From IMG/VR virus record IMGVR_UViG_3300047290_000194, positions 1 through 31,332 of that record: a DNA stretch of 31,332 nucleotides. The stretch is one strand, 5' to 3'. This document shows positions 1 to 8,689 of the stretch, piece after piece. Source of the DNA: a virus. Its lineage: Duplodnaviria; Caudoviricetes. The first letter of the stretch is position 1. Every line of letters starts with the position of its first letter. The translations under genes were made by a program, and so were the position numbers. The notes under the pieces were generated by a model. It worked only from the letters and a program-made list of their open reading frames with translations. It was not told the origin of the DNA and searched no databases.

Positions 1-18
1 GCTCGTGCTGCGGCTGCC

Positions 19-68
19 TAAGTTATTGATTTTACAGAACATTTTTTCTGTGCAAAATCAATGACTTA
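19..68. repeat. Inverted repeat containing two opposed IHF-consensus boxes
   Basis: TAAGTTATTGATTTTACAGAA...TTCTGTGCAAAATCAATGACTTA. Each arm matches WATCAA-N4-TTR (19-31 on -, 56-68 on +). Confidence 0.75.
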
Positions 69-84
69 CAACGCCTAATTTTGG

Positions 85-113
85 TTGACCAAAAACCCCA
101 ATTCTGGTATAAT
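85..113 (+). promoter_or_regulatory. sigma70-type early promoter
   Basis: TTGACC-17 nt-TATAAT. Confidence 0.85.
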
Positions 114-141
114 AGCTCTATTACATTAGAGAGCTTGAACA

Positions 142-459
142 TTGGCCAGAACCCGTAAAGCCCGCTCAGATCGCAATCACGTGATCTACTGCATCATGAA
201 CACCGCTACCAATCAACACTATATCGGAGTCACGGTGTGCGCAGGGGGCATCAATCGCGCGGTCAAGGTGCGTTTCCAAAAGCATGTGCGGCGCGCACTG
301 ACTGAAAATCGAGATTGGGCTCTGTGTCGCAGCATCCGTGAGTGGGGCGCAGATGCTCACTTGTGCCTGGTGCTGGAAAAGGTGCGGGGCAAGGGCCAGG
401 CGCATGCTCGGGAGCGTGAGATCACGCGGGAAACCAGCCCCGTGCTGAACAGCCTGTGA
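142..459 (+). CDS. Small GIY-YIG nuclease-domain protein
   Basis: VIYCI...HYIGVT, then RFQKH and the late E (AHARERE) and N (VLN) residues of the GIY-YIG fold. TTG start. Confidence 0.75.
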   Translation: MARTRKARSDRNHVIYCIMNTATNQHYIGVTVCAGGINRAVKVRFQKHVRRALTENRDWALCRSIREWGADAHLCLVLEKVRGKGQAHAREREITRETSPVLNSL

Positions 460-462
460 TGG

Positions 463-491
463 TTGACCAAAATCATCAGATCCCATACAAT
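463..491 (+). promoter_or_regulatory. sigma70-type early promoter
   Basis: GG-TTGACC-17 nt-TACAAT. Confidence 0.8.
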
Positions 492-521
492 AGCATTATA
501 GTTGATAACAAGGAGCAGTCA

Positions 522-863
522 ATGGACTATACTCAAGAGCAGATCAACAACATCGTGAGCGAAGCCAAACACGAGGCCGCGCATGCCGCAACCAAATTCT
601 TTGAGGAACGCCTGGGCGGGCAAGATCAGTATGCCTGCGGGTTTGCCTGGGTCAATATCTATGGGGTCAAAGGCAACACCCGGCTGGGCAAGATGCTCAA
701 GGCCGCAGGTGTGCGCCAGGACTACACCAAGGCCTTCCAGCTGTGGAATCCCAGCGGGCATCACTGCCAGAACGTGGACACCAAGGAAGAAGGTGCGCGA
801 GCCGCGGCCAAGGTTTTTGAACGATACGGGTTCCGCGCCTATGCCGGCAGCCGTTTGGACTAA
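522..863 (+). CDS. Hypothetical phage protein (ACGFAWV motif)
   Basis: AAGGAG RBS before ATG 522. The track's 456 start overlaps the promoter. Confidence 0.8.
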   Translation: MDYTQEQINNIVSEAKHEAAHAATKFFEERLGGQDQYACGFAWVNIYGVKGNTRLGKMLKAAGVRQDYTKAFQLWNPSGHHCQNVDTKEEGARAAAKVFERYGFRAYAGSRLD

Positions 864-876
864 CAGGAGAATCCAG

Positions 877-1146
877 ATGAAATCCATCAAGATCCATGTG
901 TTTGAAGACCCTGGTCATGGCTGGGCTCGTTTCCCCAAGGCACGACTGGCTCGTTTGGGTATCGCGGACAAGATTTCCAGCTACTCCTATCAACGCGGCG
1001 CCATGGCCTTTCTAGAAGAAGACTGTGATCTGACAGTGCTGGTCCAGGCCCTAAAACACAAAGGCTATGAAGTCAAGTTGACCAGCAGCCATACCGATCG
1101 CCAAAGCAAGATCCGCAATTACCAAACCTACACTGCCACGGTGTGA
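877..1146 (+). CDS. Hypothetical phage protein (DPGHGW...LEEDCD motif)
   Basis: AGGAG RBS before ATG 877. This is the 3' part of track ORF 583..1146. Confidence 0.8.
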   Translation: MKSIKIHVFEDPGHGWARFPKARLARLGIADKISSYSYQRGAMAFLEEDCDLTVLVQALKHKGYEVKLTSSHTDRQSKIRNYQTYTATV

Positions 1147-1169
1147 CGGCATTTCACAGGAGAATGGCC

Positions 1170-1394
1170 ATGCGTGGTCGCACCATCTACATAGATAAAG
1201 AAGTGGAAGTGGAAGTGTCCCTGGAGGACTTTGACACAGATGACCTCATGGAAGAACTGGCCCAGAGAGATATGGTCTTGGGTCACAGCGCCCATGACCT
1301 GTTGCTGAAAATCTACGAAGCGCGTAGACTGGGACTAGACTATCAACAACACCTGGACCAGCTGATCTGGGACCAATTGGGAAGGATCGCCTAA
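1170..1394 (+). CDS. Small acidic hypothetical protein
   Basis: AGGAGA RBS at 1158-1163. Fills the gap before the ligase. Confidence 0.7.
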   Translation: MRGRTIYIDKEVEVEVSLEDFDTDDLMEELAQRDMVLGHSAHDLLLKIYEARRLGLDYQQHLDQLIWDQLGRIA

Positions 1395-2782
1395 TGGGCA
1401 TGACCCTTGCGGGAGTAGTAAATATGATTGATACCAATGACCAAAGGTATCAAGGAGTGCGATTGGCTGCAGGTTGGATCCGGGATCTTGAAAGTTCGGA
1501 CAGCAGGCTGCACAAAGAGCGCGTGATCGAAAAGGCCCTGATGGCGGCCAAGTTGGGCAGCGCAGATGCCCAGATTTTCCTTTTCAACGCCTATGCTGCC
1601 TACAATCCCTTTTGGACTTTCAACGTCAAAAAGGTTGACGAAACAGAGGGCATCACCCAAGGCCAAAACCCTTGGCCGGAATTTTGGGCCCTGCTGGAGG
1701 CCTGCAGGACCCGCAGCATCTCGGGCAATGCCATGCGCCAGCAGATCGATCAGCTGAGTCGCAAGTTTGACAGCGACGAATGGAATCAGCTGGCTCGCAG
1801 GGTATTGATCAAGGATCTCCGCTGCGGCATCAGCGACAAAACCCTCAACAAGGTCCTGGGCAAAACGGCCTGGGCTATCCCCGTGTTTGGGTGTCAGCTG
1901 GCCAAAGACAGCGATCAAAATCCCAACAAGATGAAAGGAATCAAGCGCCTGGAAGTCAAGTTGGATGGTGTGCGGGTGCTGGCGGTGGTCACAGCCAACA
2001 ACGTCACGCTCTACAGCAGAAACGGCAAGGTGTTTGAAAACTTCCCCCAGATCGAGCTGGATCTATTTGAGAATCGTGCGGCATTCCCCGTTAGGGGCAG
2101 TTTTGTGCTGGACGGTGAGGTAGTGGGCGACAGTTTCCAGAAGCTGATGCGTCAAGCTCATCGCAAGACCGACGCCCAAACACAGGGCATGGTCTACCAT
2201 GTGTTTGATATCCTTCCGCTCAGTGCGCTGGAGCAGGGTCATTACAACACATCGCAGAGCCTACGTCTGAATCTGCTGGAGCAGGTCCGGTCTAAGATTC
2301 AGCAGGTGCCCAGTGTCAAGATCATGAACGGACTCATAGTGGATCTGGATACCAACCAGGGCCATGATCAGCTGCGGCGTTTTGCCCTCGAAAGTGTGGC
2401 CCAGGGGTTTGAGGGCATCATGATCAAAGATCTAGGGGCGCCCTACGAGTGCAAGCGCAGCAGTTTTTGGATGAAGTGGAAACCCACTATCACAGTGGAT
2501 CTCAAGATAGTGGACGTGGAAGAAGGCACCGGCCGCAATGAGGGCAGATTGGGTGCATTTATCTGTGAAGGAGAAGATGGTGGACGTCATATCAATGTCA
2601 ATGTTGGCAGCGGTTTTTCTGATAGCGATCGCGATAACTTCTGGCACAGCCAGTCCCAGATCGTTGGTCACTTGGTTGAAGTGGAAGCTGACGCGATCAC
2701 GCAAAACCAAGACGGTTCCTGGAGCCTGAGATTTCCCAGATTCCTGCGCTTCAGGGATTTTGAGTCGGGAGACAAGATCTAA
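1394..2782 (+). CDS. lig: ATP-dependent DNA ligase (start may be 1424)
   Basis: Motif I EVKLDGVR (KxDG), LDGE, FDIL, GFEGIMIKD, WMKWKP and C-terminal SLRFPRF. Confidence 0.95.
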   Translation: MGMTLAGVVNMIDTNDQRYQGVRLAAGWIRDLESSDSRLHKERVIEKALMAAKLGSADAQIFLFNAYAAYNPFWTFNVKKVDETEGITQGQNPWPEFWALLEACRTRSISGNAMRQQIDQLSRKFDSDEWNQLARRVLIKDLRCGISDKTLNKVLGKTAWAIPVFGCQLAKDSDQNPNKMKGIKRLEVKLDGVRVLAVVTANNVTLYSRNGKVFENFPQIELDLFENRAAFPVRGSFVLDGEVVGDSFQKLMRQAHRKTDAQTQGMVYHVFDILPLSALEQGHYNTSQSLRLNLLEQVRSKIQQVPSVKIMNGLIVDLDTNQGHDQLRRFALESVAQGFEGIMIKDLGAPYECKRSSFWMKWKPTITVDLKIVDVEEGTGRNEGRLGAFICEGEDGGRHINVNVGSGFSDSDRDNFWHSQSQIVGHLVEVEADAITQNQDGSWSLRFPRFLRFRDFESGDKI

Positions 2783-2785
2783 CCG

Positions 2786-2814
2786 TTGACCTAGACGGCA
2801 TCTGATGCTATTAT
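2786..2814 (+). promoter_or_regulatory. sigma70-type promoter with extended -10
   Basis: TTGACC-17 nt-TATTAT, with TGn before the -10. Confidence 0.7.
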
Positions 2815-2880
2815 CGTAGCATGGGTTGAACTTTAGTAGACCCGCAACGCCGAAATCGAGTAGGCTCACAAGGAGAAGTT

Positions 2881-4062
2881 ATGAAAACAGTCAAGGCCGC
2901 GACTCACAATCGCAAACAGGCCATCGTGCAATACATGCGTCAGTTCCAGCATCGTTTTTACATGGATGCTGACTGCATCGATCTCAGAGACATGTCCAAA
3001 AATTACGGAGATGGGCCCATACCTGTGCAAGAAGTGCACAAGGCCATCACCACCGTGTTGGGTCCGGGTCTGGATCAGATCACCCCAAATGTTGACCCCA
3101 GCGGCGGCAGTTATCTGGGCTACGGGCCAGGTGCTCGCCCCAAAGAATATTTTGACTACGTGCATTGGGACCAAATCTATCTGTGGACCATATTCCAACG
3201 CGATGTCTCACCCAATCATGTGCACAAGATCTACCGGGACTTTGACAGCAGTGCGGTAATCGTGCCCTGTTTGATCAAGATCACCATGATCAGCGGCGAT
3301 GTGATCTACTGTGTGTGGGACGGACATCATACCATCCAGACCTGTAGGCTCCAGGGTTGGAGCAAGTTTCCCGCCTGGGTGATCGACGTGGATCAGTTCA
3401 GCGCACAACAGATCCAAGATGCGGGGTTCGGGACCAGCGACCAGGATCGCATCCAATTCGCCTGCTGGGTAGCTGGTCGCAACATGCGTCGCATCAATGG
3501 TCTAAACAAATTGGCTCTGAATCCCTACGACGATTTCATGATCGGTCTCCAGACCAATGATGCCAAATGCGTGGCCATGAACAACATCTTGCTCAGCCAT
3601 TCCTGCATGCCCCGACGGCATAGCAGCGGCCCTGGCGCTTGGAGCCAGATCAAAAGTGGTATTGAATGCTACGATCTTGAAAGTGTGCAAGGACCCAGTA
3701 ATGGATTGTTTTGGTCTCGTGCGCTGGCCCTGCATCGCAAACATTGGTCCGCATTGCCCTTGACTTTGGAAGTTTATCGCCCGTTCAGCTATCTCTTTAG
3801 AGAGGCCAACGTGCAAGGTTTCCAATTGCCCTCCACTTTTGATGATGAGCTGGCTGGCATGCTCAAAAAACGTTGGGGCGATACAGAAAGCATACAGTCT
3901 GGCATCAAAGACAGCTATTGGACCGCGGTGCACAACAACAGCTTGGTGGGTGATCAACCCCAGCACGATAAATTCCGTGTGCTAGCAGGTTTGATCAATT
4001 TTTACCGACAGCAGGGCGGCAAGTTTCTGCTGCCAGCCCCCAGCTGCCAGTGGGCAGTGTGA
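2881..4062 (+). CDS. ParB/Srx-like (DGQHR-type) domain protein
   Basis: FQR...(VIVPCLI)...YCVWDGHHT resembles the QR...DGQHR signature of ParB-N/DndB-like domains. AAGGAG RBS. Confidence 0.6.
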   Translation: MKTVKAATHNRKQAIVQYMRQFQHRFYMDADCIDLRDMSKNYGDGPIPVQEVHKAITTVLGPGLDQITPNVDPSGGSYLGYGPGARPKEYFDYVHWDQIYLWTIFQRDVSPNHVHKIYRDFDSSAVIVPCLIKITMISGDVIYCVWDGHHTIQTCRLQGWSKFPAWVIDVDQFSAQQIQDAGFGTSDQDRIQFACWVAGRNMRRINGLNKLALNPYDDFMIGLQTNDAKCVAMNNILLSHSCMPRRHSSGPGAWSQIKSGIECYDLESVQGPSNGLFWSRALALHRKHWSALPLTLEVYRPFSYLFREANVQGFQLPSTFDDELAGMLKKRWGDTESIQSGIKDSYWTAVHNNSLVGDQPQHDKFRVLAGLINFYRQQGGKFLLPAPSCQWAV

Positions 4063-4063
4063 C

Positions 4064-4459
4064 ATGAGCCAAAACAACATCAATCTGTTTTATCTGTTTG
4101 GAGATCCCATGGGATCTCCCGACACCAAAGTGGGGATCACGGGCTCACCCATAGAACGGCTGGGAACCTATCAGAATAGTGTCAGTAGGAACAGTCACGT
4201 GTTTGGCTTTGACAAGGCCTGGTGGGGGCCTGCCCAGGCCGTGAGCGGTCTTGAACGCTTGGTCATACAGGAGTTGAACTGGGAGATTCAACGAGACGGC
4301 CGGGGCCATAGCGAATGGGTTTATTTGCCTTGGCAGCAAGTGGCTGAGCATGTGAGCCAGCTGATCCTGGGTGGTGGTTTCCTACTGCAACCGGTTCCTG
4401 ACCAATTCTTGCCGCTGACCGTGGACAATTACCATAGATGGGAGGAGCCGTTCAGATGA
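4064..4459 (+). CDS. T5orf172/GIY-YIG-like domain protein
   Basis: FYLF...KVGIT...ERLGTYQ...LER...SEW pattern. Confidence 0.55.
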   Translation: MSQNNINLFYLFGDPMGSPDTKVGITGSPIERLGTYQNSVSRNSHVFGFDKAWWGPAQAVSGLERLVIQELNWEIQRDGRGHSEWVYLPWQQVAEHVSQLILGGGFLLQPVPDQFLPLTVDNYHRWEEPFR

Positions 4460-4821
4460 GCATGTATGATCCCGATGTATGGGCAGTGATACGATTTACT
4501 GGTGCTGATGTGCCGGATGGCGAACTGTACAAGATCCTTGCGGGTTGGCATGGTGGTTTTGCGGACAGCGACCACTGGAAGATCAACAGCGGAATCACGC
4601 AGATTGAACAGCAGGGTGATTGGTATCTGATAGGCGGTTACTCTGGCAGCGTGTATAGATGCCACAAGAACGCAGAACGTACCAACGGCCTTACCCAGTC
4701 CATTTTCGATCAATATCAGCGGGGCTATGCTGCCCAGGGCCGCGCAGTTACCATGCAGATCGTGACTATTGATTCAATTCCCTTTGAAATCAAACACTTA
4801 GCAGACCCAGTTTCCAGCTGA
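4456..4821 (+). CDS. Conserved hypothetical phage protein (YKILAGWxGG...WKINSGI...GYSGSVYxC)
   Basis: ATGA overlap with the upstream stop. The motif is one I recall from large myoviruses. Confidence 0.8.
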   Translation: MSMYDPDVWAVIRFTGADVPDGELYKILAGWHGGFADSDHWKINSGITQIEQQGDWYLIGGYSGSVYRCHKNAERTNGLTQSIFDQYQRGYAAQGRAVTMQIVTIDSIPFEIKHLADPVSS

Positions 4822-4891
4822 TTTTTTAGCTAATTCGGTTGACCAGAATCCCGCTCTAGCCTATAATATGGGTATAGTGAACAGCAAGGAG
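4788..4891 (+). promoter_or_regulatory. IHF box + sigma70 promoter + conserved leader cassette
   Basis: AATCAAACACTTA (4788-4800), TTGACC(4839)-17-TATAAT(4862), then ATGGGTATAGTGAACAGCAAGGAG. Confidence 0.85.
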
Positions 4892-4896
4892 CGCAA

Positions 4897-5166
4897 ATGG
4901 AACTGACCAAAGTTTTCAAAGTTTACAGCGGAAAACCGGGCTGCATGTGTGGCTGCAATGGCCGATACAAGATGGCCTCTGCGCATGCTGAGTTGGCTGG
5001 TACTGAGCGCGGTTATGCTGTGGATGACGAAGACATCAGCGATCGCAGCGTCAAGATCATCTTCAACAAAATCATGAAGAACCCTGCCCACAAGTATGAC
5101 GCTGATGCCAACTGCGTCTACGTTGAATCGGCCACCCGTAACCTCGTTGCTTTCTTTGTCAAGTAA
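4897..5166 (+). CDS. Hypothetical protein with YSGKPGCMCGC motif
   Basis: RBS present and first gene of the cassette. CxCxC suggests metal binding. Confidence 0.8.
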   Translation: MELTKVFKVYSGKPGCMCGCNGRYKMASAHAELAGTERGYAVDDEDISDRSVKIIFNKIMKNPAHKYDADANCVYVESATRNLVAFFVK

Positions 5167-5191
5167 TTCAACTGTCTACTAGGAGCAAGTC

Positions 5192-5470
5192 ATGACCCAG
5201 TCGATCCAGGACATCAACCACTCGATCATGTTTGGTAACTTCACCAATGATCAGCTGAATTCCATAGTAATGGCCGTGAAATATGCGCGGGGCCAGCTGG
5301 TGCGGCGCAACAAAAGTCAGATCAGGCTGGGACAGATGGTCAAATTCAACAGCACCAAGACCGGCCAAATCCTAGTAGGTGACGTGACCAAGATCGCGGT
5401 CAAATATGTCACGGTGAGGACTCCCGTGGGTCAGTGGCGCGTTCCGGCCAATATGCTGGAAGCCGCGTGA
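5192..5470 (+). CDS. Hypothetical protein, C-terminal SH3/KOW-like beta barrel
   Basis: AGGAG RBS. GQMVKF...GDVTKI...VTV...WRVP strand pattern. Confidence 0.75.
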   Translation: MTQSIQDINHSIMFGNFTNDQLNSIVMAVKYARGQLVRRNKSQIRLGQMVKFNSTKTGQILVGDVTKIAVKYVTVRTPVGQWRVPANMLEAA

Positions 5471-5649
5471 TGCGTACCATGAGCCAGGCCCAATACGCGG
5501 TGCTGCAGGATCTGCGGCGCATGCGTGACAGCCAGGGTCGCATCCGTAACAGCCAGGTACAGCACCTGGACGGGCGCACCCTGCGTGGCCTGGAGCGCCG
5601 CGGACTGATTGAATCGGATCACACAGGTTGGAGGATGACTGGTGCCTAA
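5470..5649 (+). CDS. Small basic protein, possible winged helix
   Basis: TGATG overlap with the upstream stop. RTLRGLERRGLI...WRMT. Confidence 0.55.
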   Translation: MRTMSQAQYAVLQDLRRMRDSQGRIRNSQVQHLDGRTLRGLERRGLIESDHTGWRMTGA

Positions 5650-6037
5650 ACAATTCGCGCAGCCCACCCCGGGCAAAAGCATACGGGTGACCACCCGTTT
5701 TCCGGACCACTATTACTGGGCTACCAGCCCCTGGCAGGACAACACCTATCAAGGTGTGGTAGGCAGGCCTGATCGTTCGGTGCCCGAAGGCAGCTTCATG
5801 CTGCTCACGCCCCAGGATCGCAACATGCCCACCCGCGTGATCGCCTTGTGCCGTGTGATCGCCCTGGAGTATGCAGATGGCACCCAGGCCCGGACCAGTG
5901 ACACCAAAGATGAAGTGCGGGTGTGGCAGGTGCAGGGCAGCAAAGGCAATGTCTACACCGTGACCCAGCGCGGCGCTAGCAAGACCTGCACCTGCCCGGG
6001 ATTTCAATTTCGCAAAGATTGCAAGCATGTCCACTAA
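5642..6037 (+). CDS. SWIM zinc-finger protein
   Basis: GSKGNVYTV...CTCPGFQFRKDCKH (CxC...CxH). GTG start after GGAGG. Confidence 0.8.
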   Translation: MPKQFAQPTPGKSIRVTTRFPDHYYWATSPWQDNTYQGVVGRPDRSVPEGSFMLLTPQDRNMPTRVIALCRVIALEYADGTQARTSDTKDEVRVWQVQGSKGNVYTVTQRGASKTCTCPGFQFRKDCKHVH

Positions 6038-6302
6038 AGTCGCAGTTCAACATCAAGATTATTTTGGCCGTGATCTGGCCGTGAATGATTGCGTGGTGTT
6101 TTCGGTGCGCAACCTTTTCCAGGTAGGACGCATCGTCCGCTTGGGTCAGCGACAGGTCATGGTAGTGGGTTATGATCACGCCAAACAGAATTGGCGCACC
6201 GGCGAGGCCCGCGCAGATCGCAAGTATGGCAATCAAGTGCTCAAAGTAGATCCACAAGAAGTGACCATGTATCTTTTGCGCAAGCCGGAAAAGAATGGCT
6301 GA
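6027..6302 (+). CDS. Hypothetical protein (DYFGRDLAVNDCVV, SH3-like)
   Basis: Overlapping operon ORF. Confidence 0.7.
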   Translation: MSTKVAVQHQDYFGRDLAVNDCVVFSVRNLFQVGRIVRLGQRQVMVVGYDHAKQNWRTGEARADRKYGNQVLKVDPQEVTMYLLRKPEKNG

Positions 6303-6343
6303 TCCAAGCTGGTCGCACATCTCTTGAAGAAGATACCACAACG

Positions 6344-6991
6344 ATGAACTACAAACAACAAAACAAAAAACGGATAACGCAAATCTGGGGCGGAGAACCC
6401 AGCAGTCTGGACGAATTGGCCCAATGCGTGATTGCCGTGATCAACCAGCAGCCTGCTGACCGTTGGCGCTCGAAAAACAGCCGCGTGTGCCGGGTAGCTG
6501 GATTTGCCTGGCGCATAGTTTGGACAGACGTCAGTAACACTCACGACGCCCCCATAAACGGGGTCACTAACTGGGGAGGGCGGTCCCAGGATGCCCCGCG
6601 CAGTTATCCCGGTTGGACCGGTCGCGTGTGGATCCGCTACGCCAAACCAGTTGATAGCTTCGGCAGCGATCCATTTCAAGCCACCCTAACCTATCCCGGT
6701 ACCGGGGGCTGGGGCAGCTATGATGGTCCTTGGGAACAGATCAGCCGGGTGCATTTTAAAACATTCGGGCATGACCGGAAATGCGCCTATCCCCAACCCC
6801 AGATTTATAGCTGGGACTATCGCTTGTTTGCTGGGGATTGGCCCCAAGTCACTCAAAGTTTGGAGAAACAGCGGGTTTGGTCCATATTACAGAGCCAGCC
6901 TGTGAAGGGTGACCACCATTTCCTCTGGGAAGACCCCGAGATCAAACAGCAGGACCAGGCCTTTATCAAAAGTCTAAGGGAGACAGCGTGA
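6344..6991 (+). CDS. Trp/Gly-rich hypothetical phage protein (start uncertain)
   Basis: SNTHDAP..G.TNWG...YPGW.GRVWIRY. Lies in the frame of track ORF 6191..6991. Confidence 0.7.
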   Translation: MNYKQQNKKRITQIWGGEPSSLDELAQCVIAVINQQPADRWRSKNSRVCRVAGFAWRIVWTDVSNTHDAPINGVTNWGGRSQDAPRSYPGWTGRVWIRYAKPVDSFGSDPFQATLTYPGTGGWGSYDGPWEQISRVHFKTFGHDRKCAYPQPQIYSWDYRLFAGDWPQVTQSLEKQRVWSILQSQPVKGDHHFLWEDPEIKQQDQAFIKSLRETA

Positions 6992-7275
6992 CACAGCAGT
7001 TGAGAGTGTGGTGGATACCGCAGGTTCCGGGACACCCGTTCCACGTTCCGGTGGGCACGGTTGAAGAAGGTGTCAAGATCATGGATGTGTTGGCCAAGTA
7101 TGATCTTTTCCAATACAACAACCACATCAAGGGCGACTATGCCAACGTGGGCGGGCTTGAAATGTGGGATGTCAACAGTGATGGTGAAGGCACCCCGGGT
7201 TGGTGCAGCTGGTGCGATGAAGAAACTGGTATTGACGATCCCCGTGAATACCTTGATCAAAAGGAGGAAGCATGA
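6988..7275 (+). CDS. P22 gp17-like (superinfection-exclusion-countering) protein
   Basis: LRVWWIPQVP..PF.V.V.TVEEGV.IMD.LA.YD.FQY.N.IK.DY.N.GGLEMWD matches my recollection of the P22 gene 17 family. Confidence 0.75.
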   Translation: MTQQLRVWWIPQVPGHPFHVPVGTVEEGVKIMDVLAKYDLFQYNNHIKGDYANVGGLEMWDVNSDGEGTPGWCSWCDEETGIDDPREYLDQKEEA

Positions 7276-7448
7276 CAAGGATGTTTTTGGTATTTGCAGT
7301 GTTAGCAATAGGTATCGGGTTGGCAGTACAGGCCTGGCGCACCCTCAGTGGTCGGGAAAAATGGCAGTTGACAAAAATAGCGGCATTCAGTATAGTGTGT
7401 GCTGCACTGGCGGTGGGCTTGCTCACTATGATCGTAATCTTATTCTAA
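7272..7448 (+). CDS. 58-aa two-TM membrane protein (not in ORF track)
   Basis: AAGGAGG RBS. MTRMFLVFAVLAIGIGLAVQAWRTLSGREKWQLTKIAAFSIVCAALAVGLLTMIVILF. Confidence 0.8.
   Translation: MTRMFLVFAVLAIGIGLAVQAWRTLSGREKWQLTKIAAFSIVCAALAVGLLTMIVILF
7368..7396 (+). promoter_or_regulatory. sigma70 promoter embedded in CDS, upstream of the SPFH gene
   Basis: TTGACA-17 nt-TATAGT. Confidence 0.7.
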
Positions 7449-7458
7449 AAGGACTCAA

Positions 7459-8253
7459 ATGAAAAACATTTTTGGTATCACAGTAGTGGCTCTGGCCCTA
7501 GTAATAACCGGTTGCACCCGTATTGAAACCGGTGAAGTGGGTGTGCGCGTGGGCTTCGACAAACAGATCCGACCCGGCGAGCTCATGCCTGGATCGTTCA
7601 ATCAGACCCTGATCGGGGATGTGCTCACGTTCCCGGTCAAAGACGTCAACGTCAAGATCGAAGATATGACGCCCATCGCCCGGGATAACAGCACCATGAA
7701 AGACGTGGATATGGTGGTAATCTACAATATTAATCCCAACCAAGTTAGTGAAATTTATACCACCAAGAGCCGGGCTTTCCACGTGGATCATGGGGGTGAT
7801 ACTTACCTCATGTTCAACTATGTTACCCAGCTGAGTCGCAATGCACTCTATAAAGTGGCTCGCGACTACGATGCGCTGGACATGAACGACAATCGCGCAG
7901 CCATGGAACAGAAGATGCGTGAGATCATGACTCGTAACTTGGCTGATGAAAAGCTGGACGGTAGTATTACCGTGACCCAGGTCCTGATCCGTAACATCCA
8001 GCCTGCTGACAGTGTGGTGGCATCGGCCAATGCTCTGGTACGTGCCAAGAACGAGCTCAAACAGAAAGAGGTCGAAGTGCAGACTGCCCGCAAAGAAGCC
8101 GAACGTATGGCCGCCCTAACCAACCAGAGCGCCCAGAGCATCGCTTACATGCAGGCCCAGGCCGCACTCAACATCTCGGAAGGTGTGAAAAACGGCAAGG
8201 TGCAGACCATAGTGGTGCCCAGCAATTTCAACGCACTGATGCTGAACAAGTAA
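7459..8253 (+). CDS. SPFH/band 7/prohibitin-domain lipoprotein
   Basis: Lipobox-like LVITGC, then RIETGEVGVRV, SPFH core and a C-terminal coiled coil. Confidence 0.9.
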   Translation: MKNIFGITVVALALVITGCTRIETGEVGVRVGFDKQIRPGELMPGSFNQTLIGDVLTFPVKDVNVKIEDMTPIARDNSTMKDVDMVVIYNINPNQVSEIYTTKSRAFHVDHGGDTYLMFNYVTQLSRNALYKVARDYDALDMNDNRAAMEQKMREIMTRNLADEKLDGSITVTQVLIRNIQPADSVVASANALVRAKNELKQKEVEVQTARKEAERMAALTNQSAQSIAYMQAQAALNISEGVKNGKVQTIVVPSNFNALMLNK

Positions 8254-8263
8254 TCGCAACCAG

Positions 8264-8289
8264 ACACCGGGGGTCTTAGACCCCGGTGT
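8264..8289 (+). terminator. GC-rich hairpin after SPFH gene
   Basis: ACACCGGGGGTC-TTA-GACCCCGGTGT with one bulge. Weak U tail. Confidence 0.55.
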
Positions 8290-8308
8290 GTCTATCTAGG
8301 AGAATCGC

Positions 8309-8632
8309 ATGTTTGGAATCTTTGCACGCGAAATAAAACGTCTCAAAGCCGGTCTGGCGGACCGCGATCAGCGCATCGAGCTGTTGCAGGAACAGCTGGC
8401 TGCCCTGCGTAGTGAACAGGCCAAGGCCGTGGCCGATTCTGGTTTTGCTGTGGACTGGAACCGCATGGGCGCCTACAGCATTGAGCGCATAGTCCAGGAT
8501 GGGCGCCCAGTCACCGTGATCGGCCACTGGACAGGCCCCAACCACGAAAACGTGAGTGAATGGTGTTTCCACTGCAATCAGGACACCCACGAGCGTCTGG
8601 TAGAAGAATTCCGCAAGTATCGGGGCATTTGA
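8309..8632 (+). CDS. Hypothetical protein with N-terminal coiled coil
   Basis: AGGAG RBS, 107 aa. Confidence 0.75.
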   Translation: MFGIFAREIKRLKAGLADRDQRIELLQEQLAALRSEQAKAVADSGFAVDWNRMGAYSIERIVQDGRPVTVIGHWTGPNHENVSEWCFHCNQDTHERLVEEFRKYRGI

Positions 8633-8657
8633 CCTCTAATTCCAAGACTGCTATAAT
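8629..8657 (+). promoter_or_regulatory. sigma70 promoter with extended -10
   Basis: TTGACC-17 nt-TATAAT, TGn. Confidence 0.85.
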
Positions 8658-8689
8658 AACTTCATAGTCAACTACAACAAGGGAACAAC

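Noticed and set aside
142-459. GIY-YIG gene as an intron-borne homing endonuclease
   Set aside because: It is free-standing with its own promoter, has no interrupted host gene or intron structure, and lacks a DNA-binding extension.
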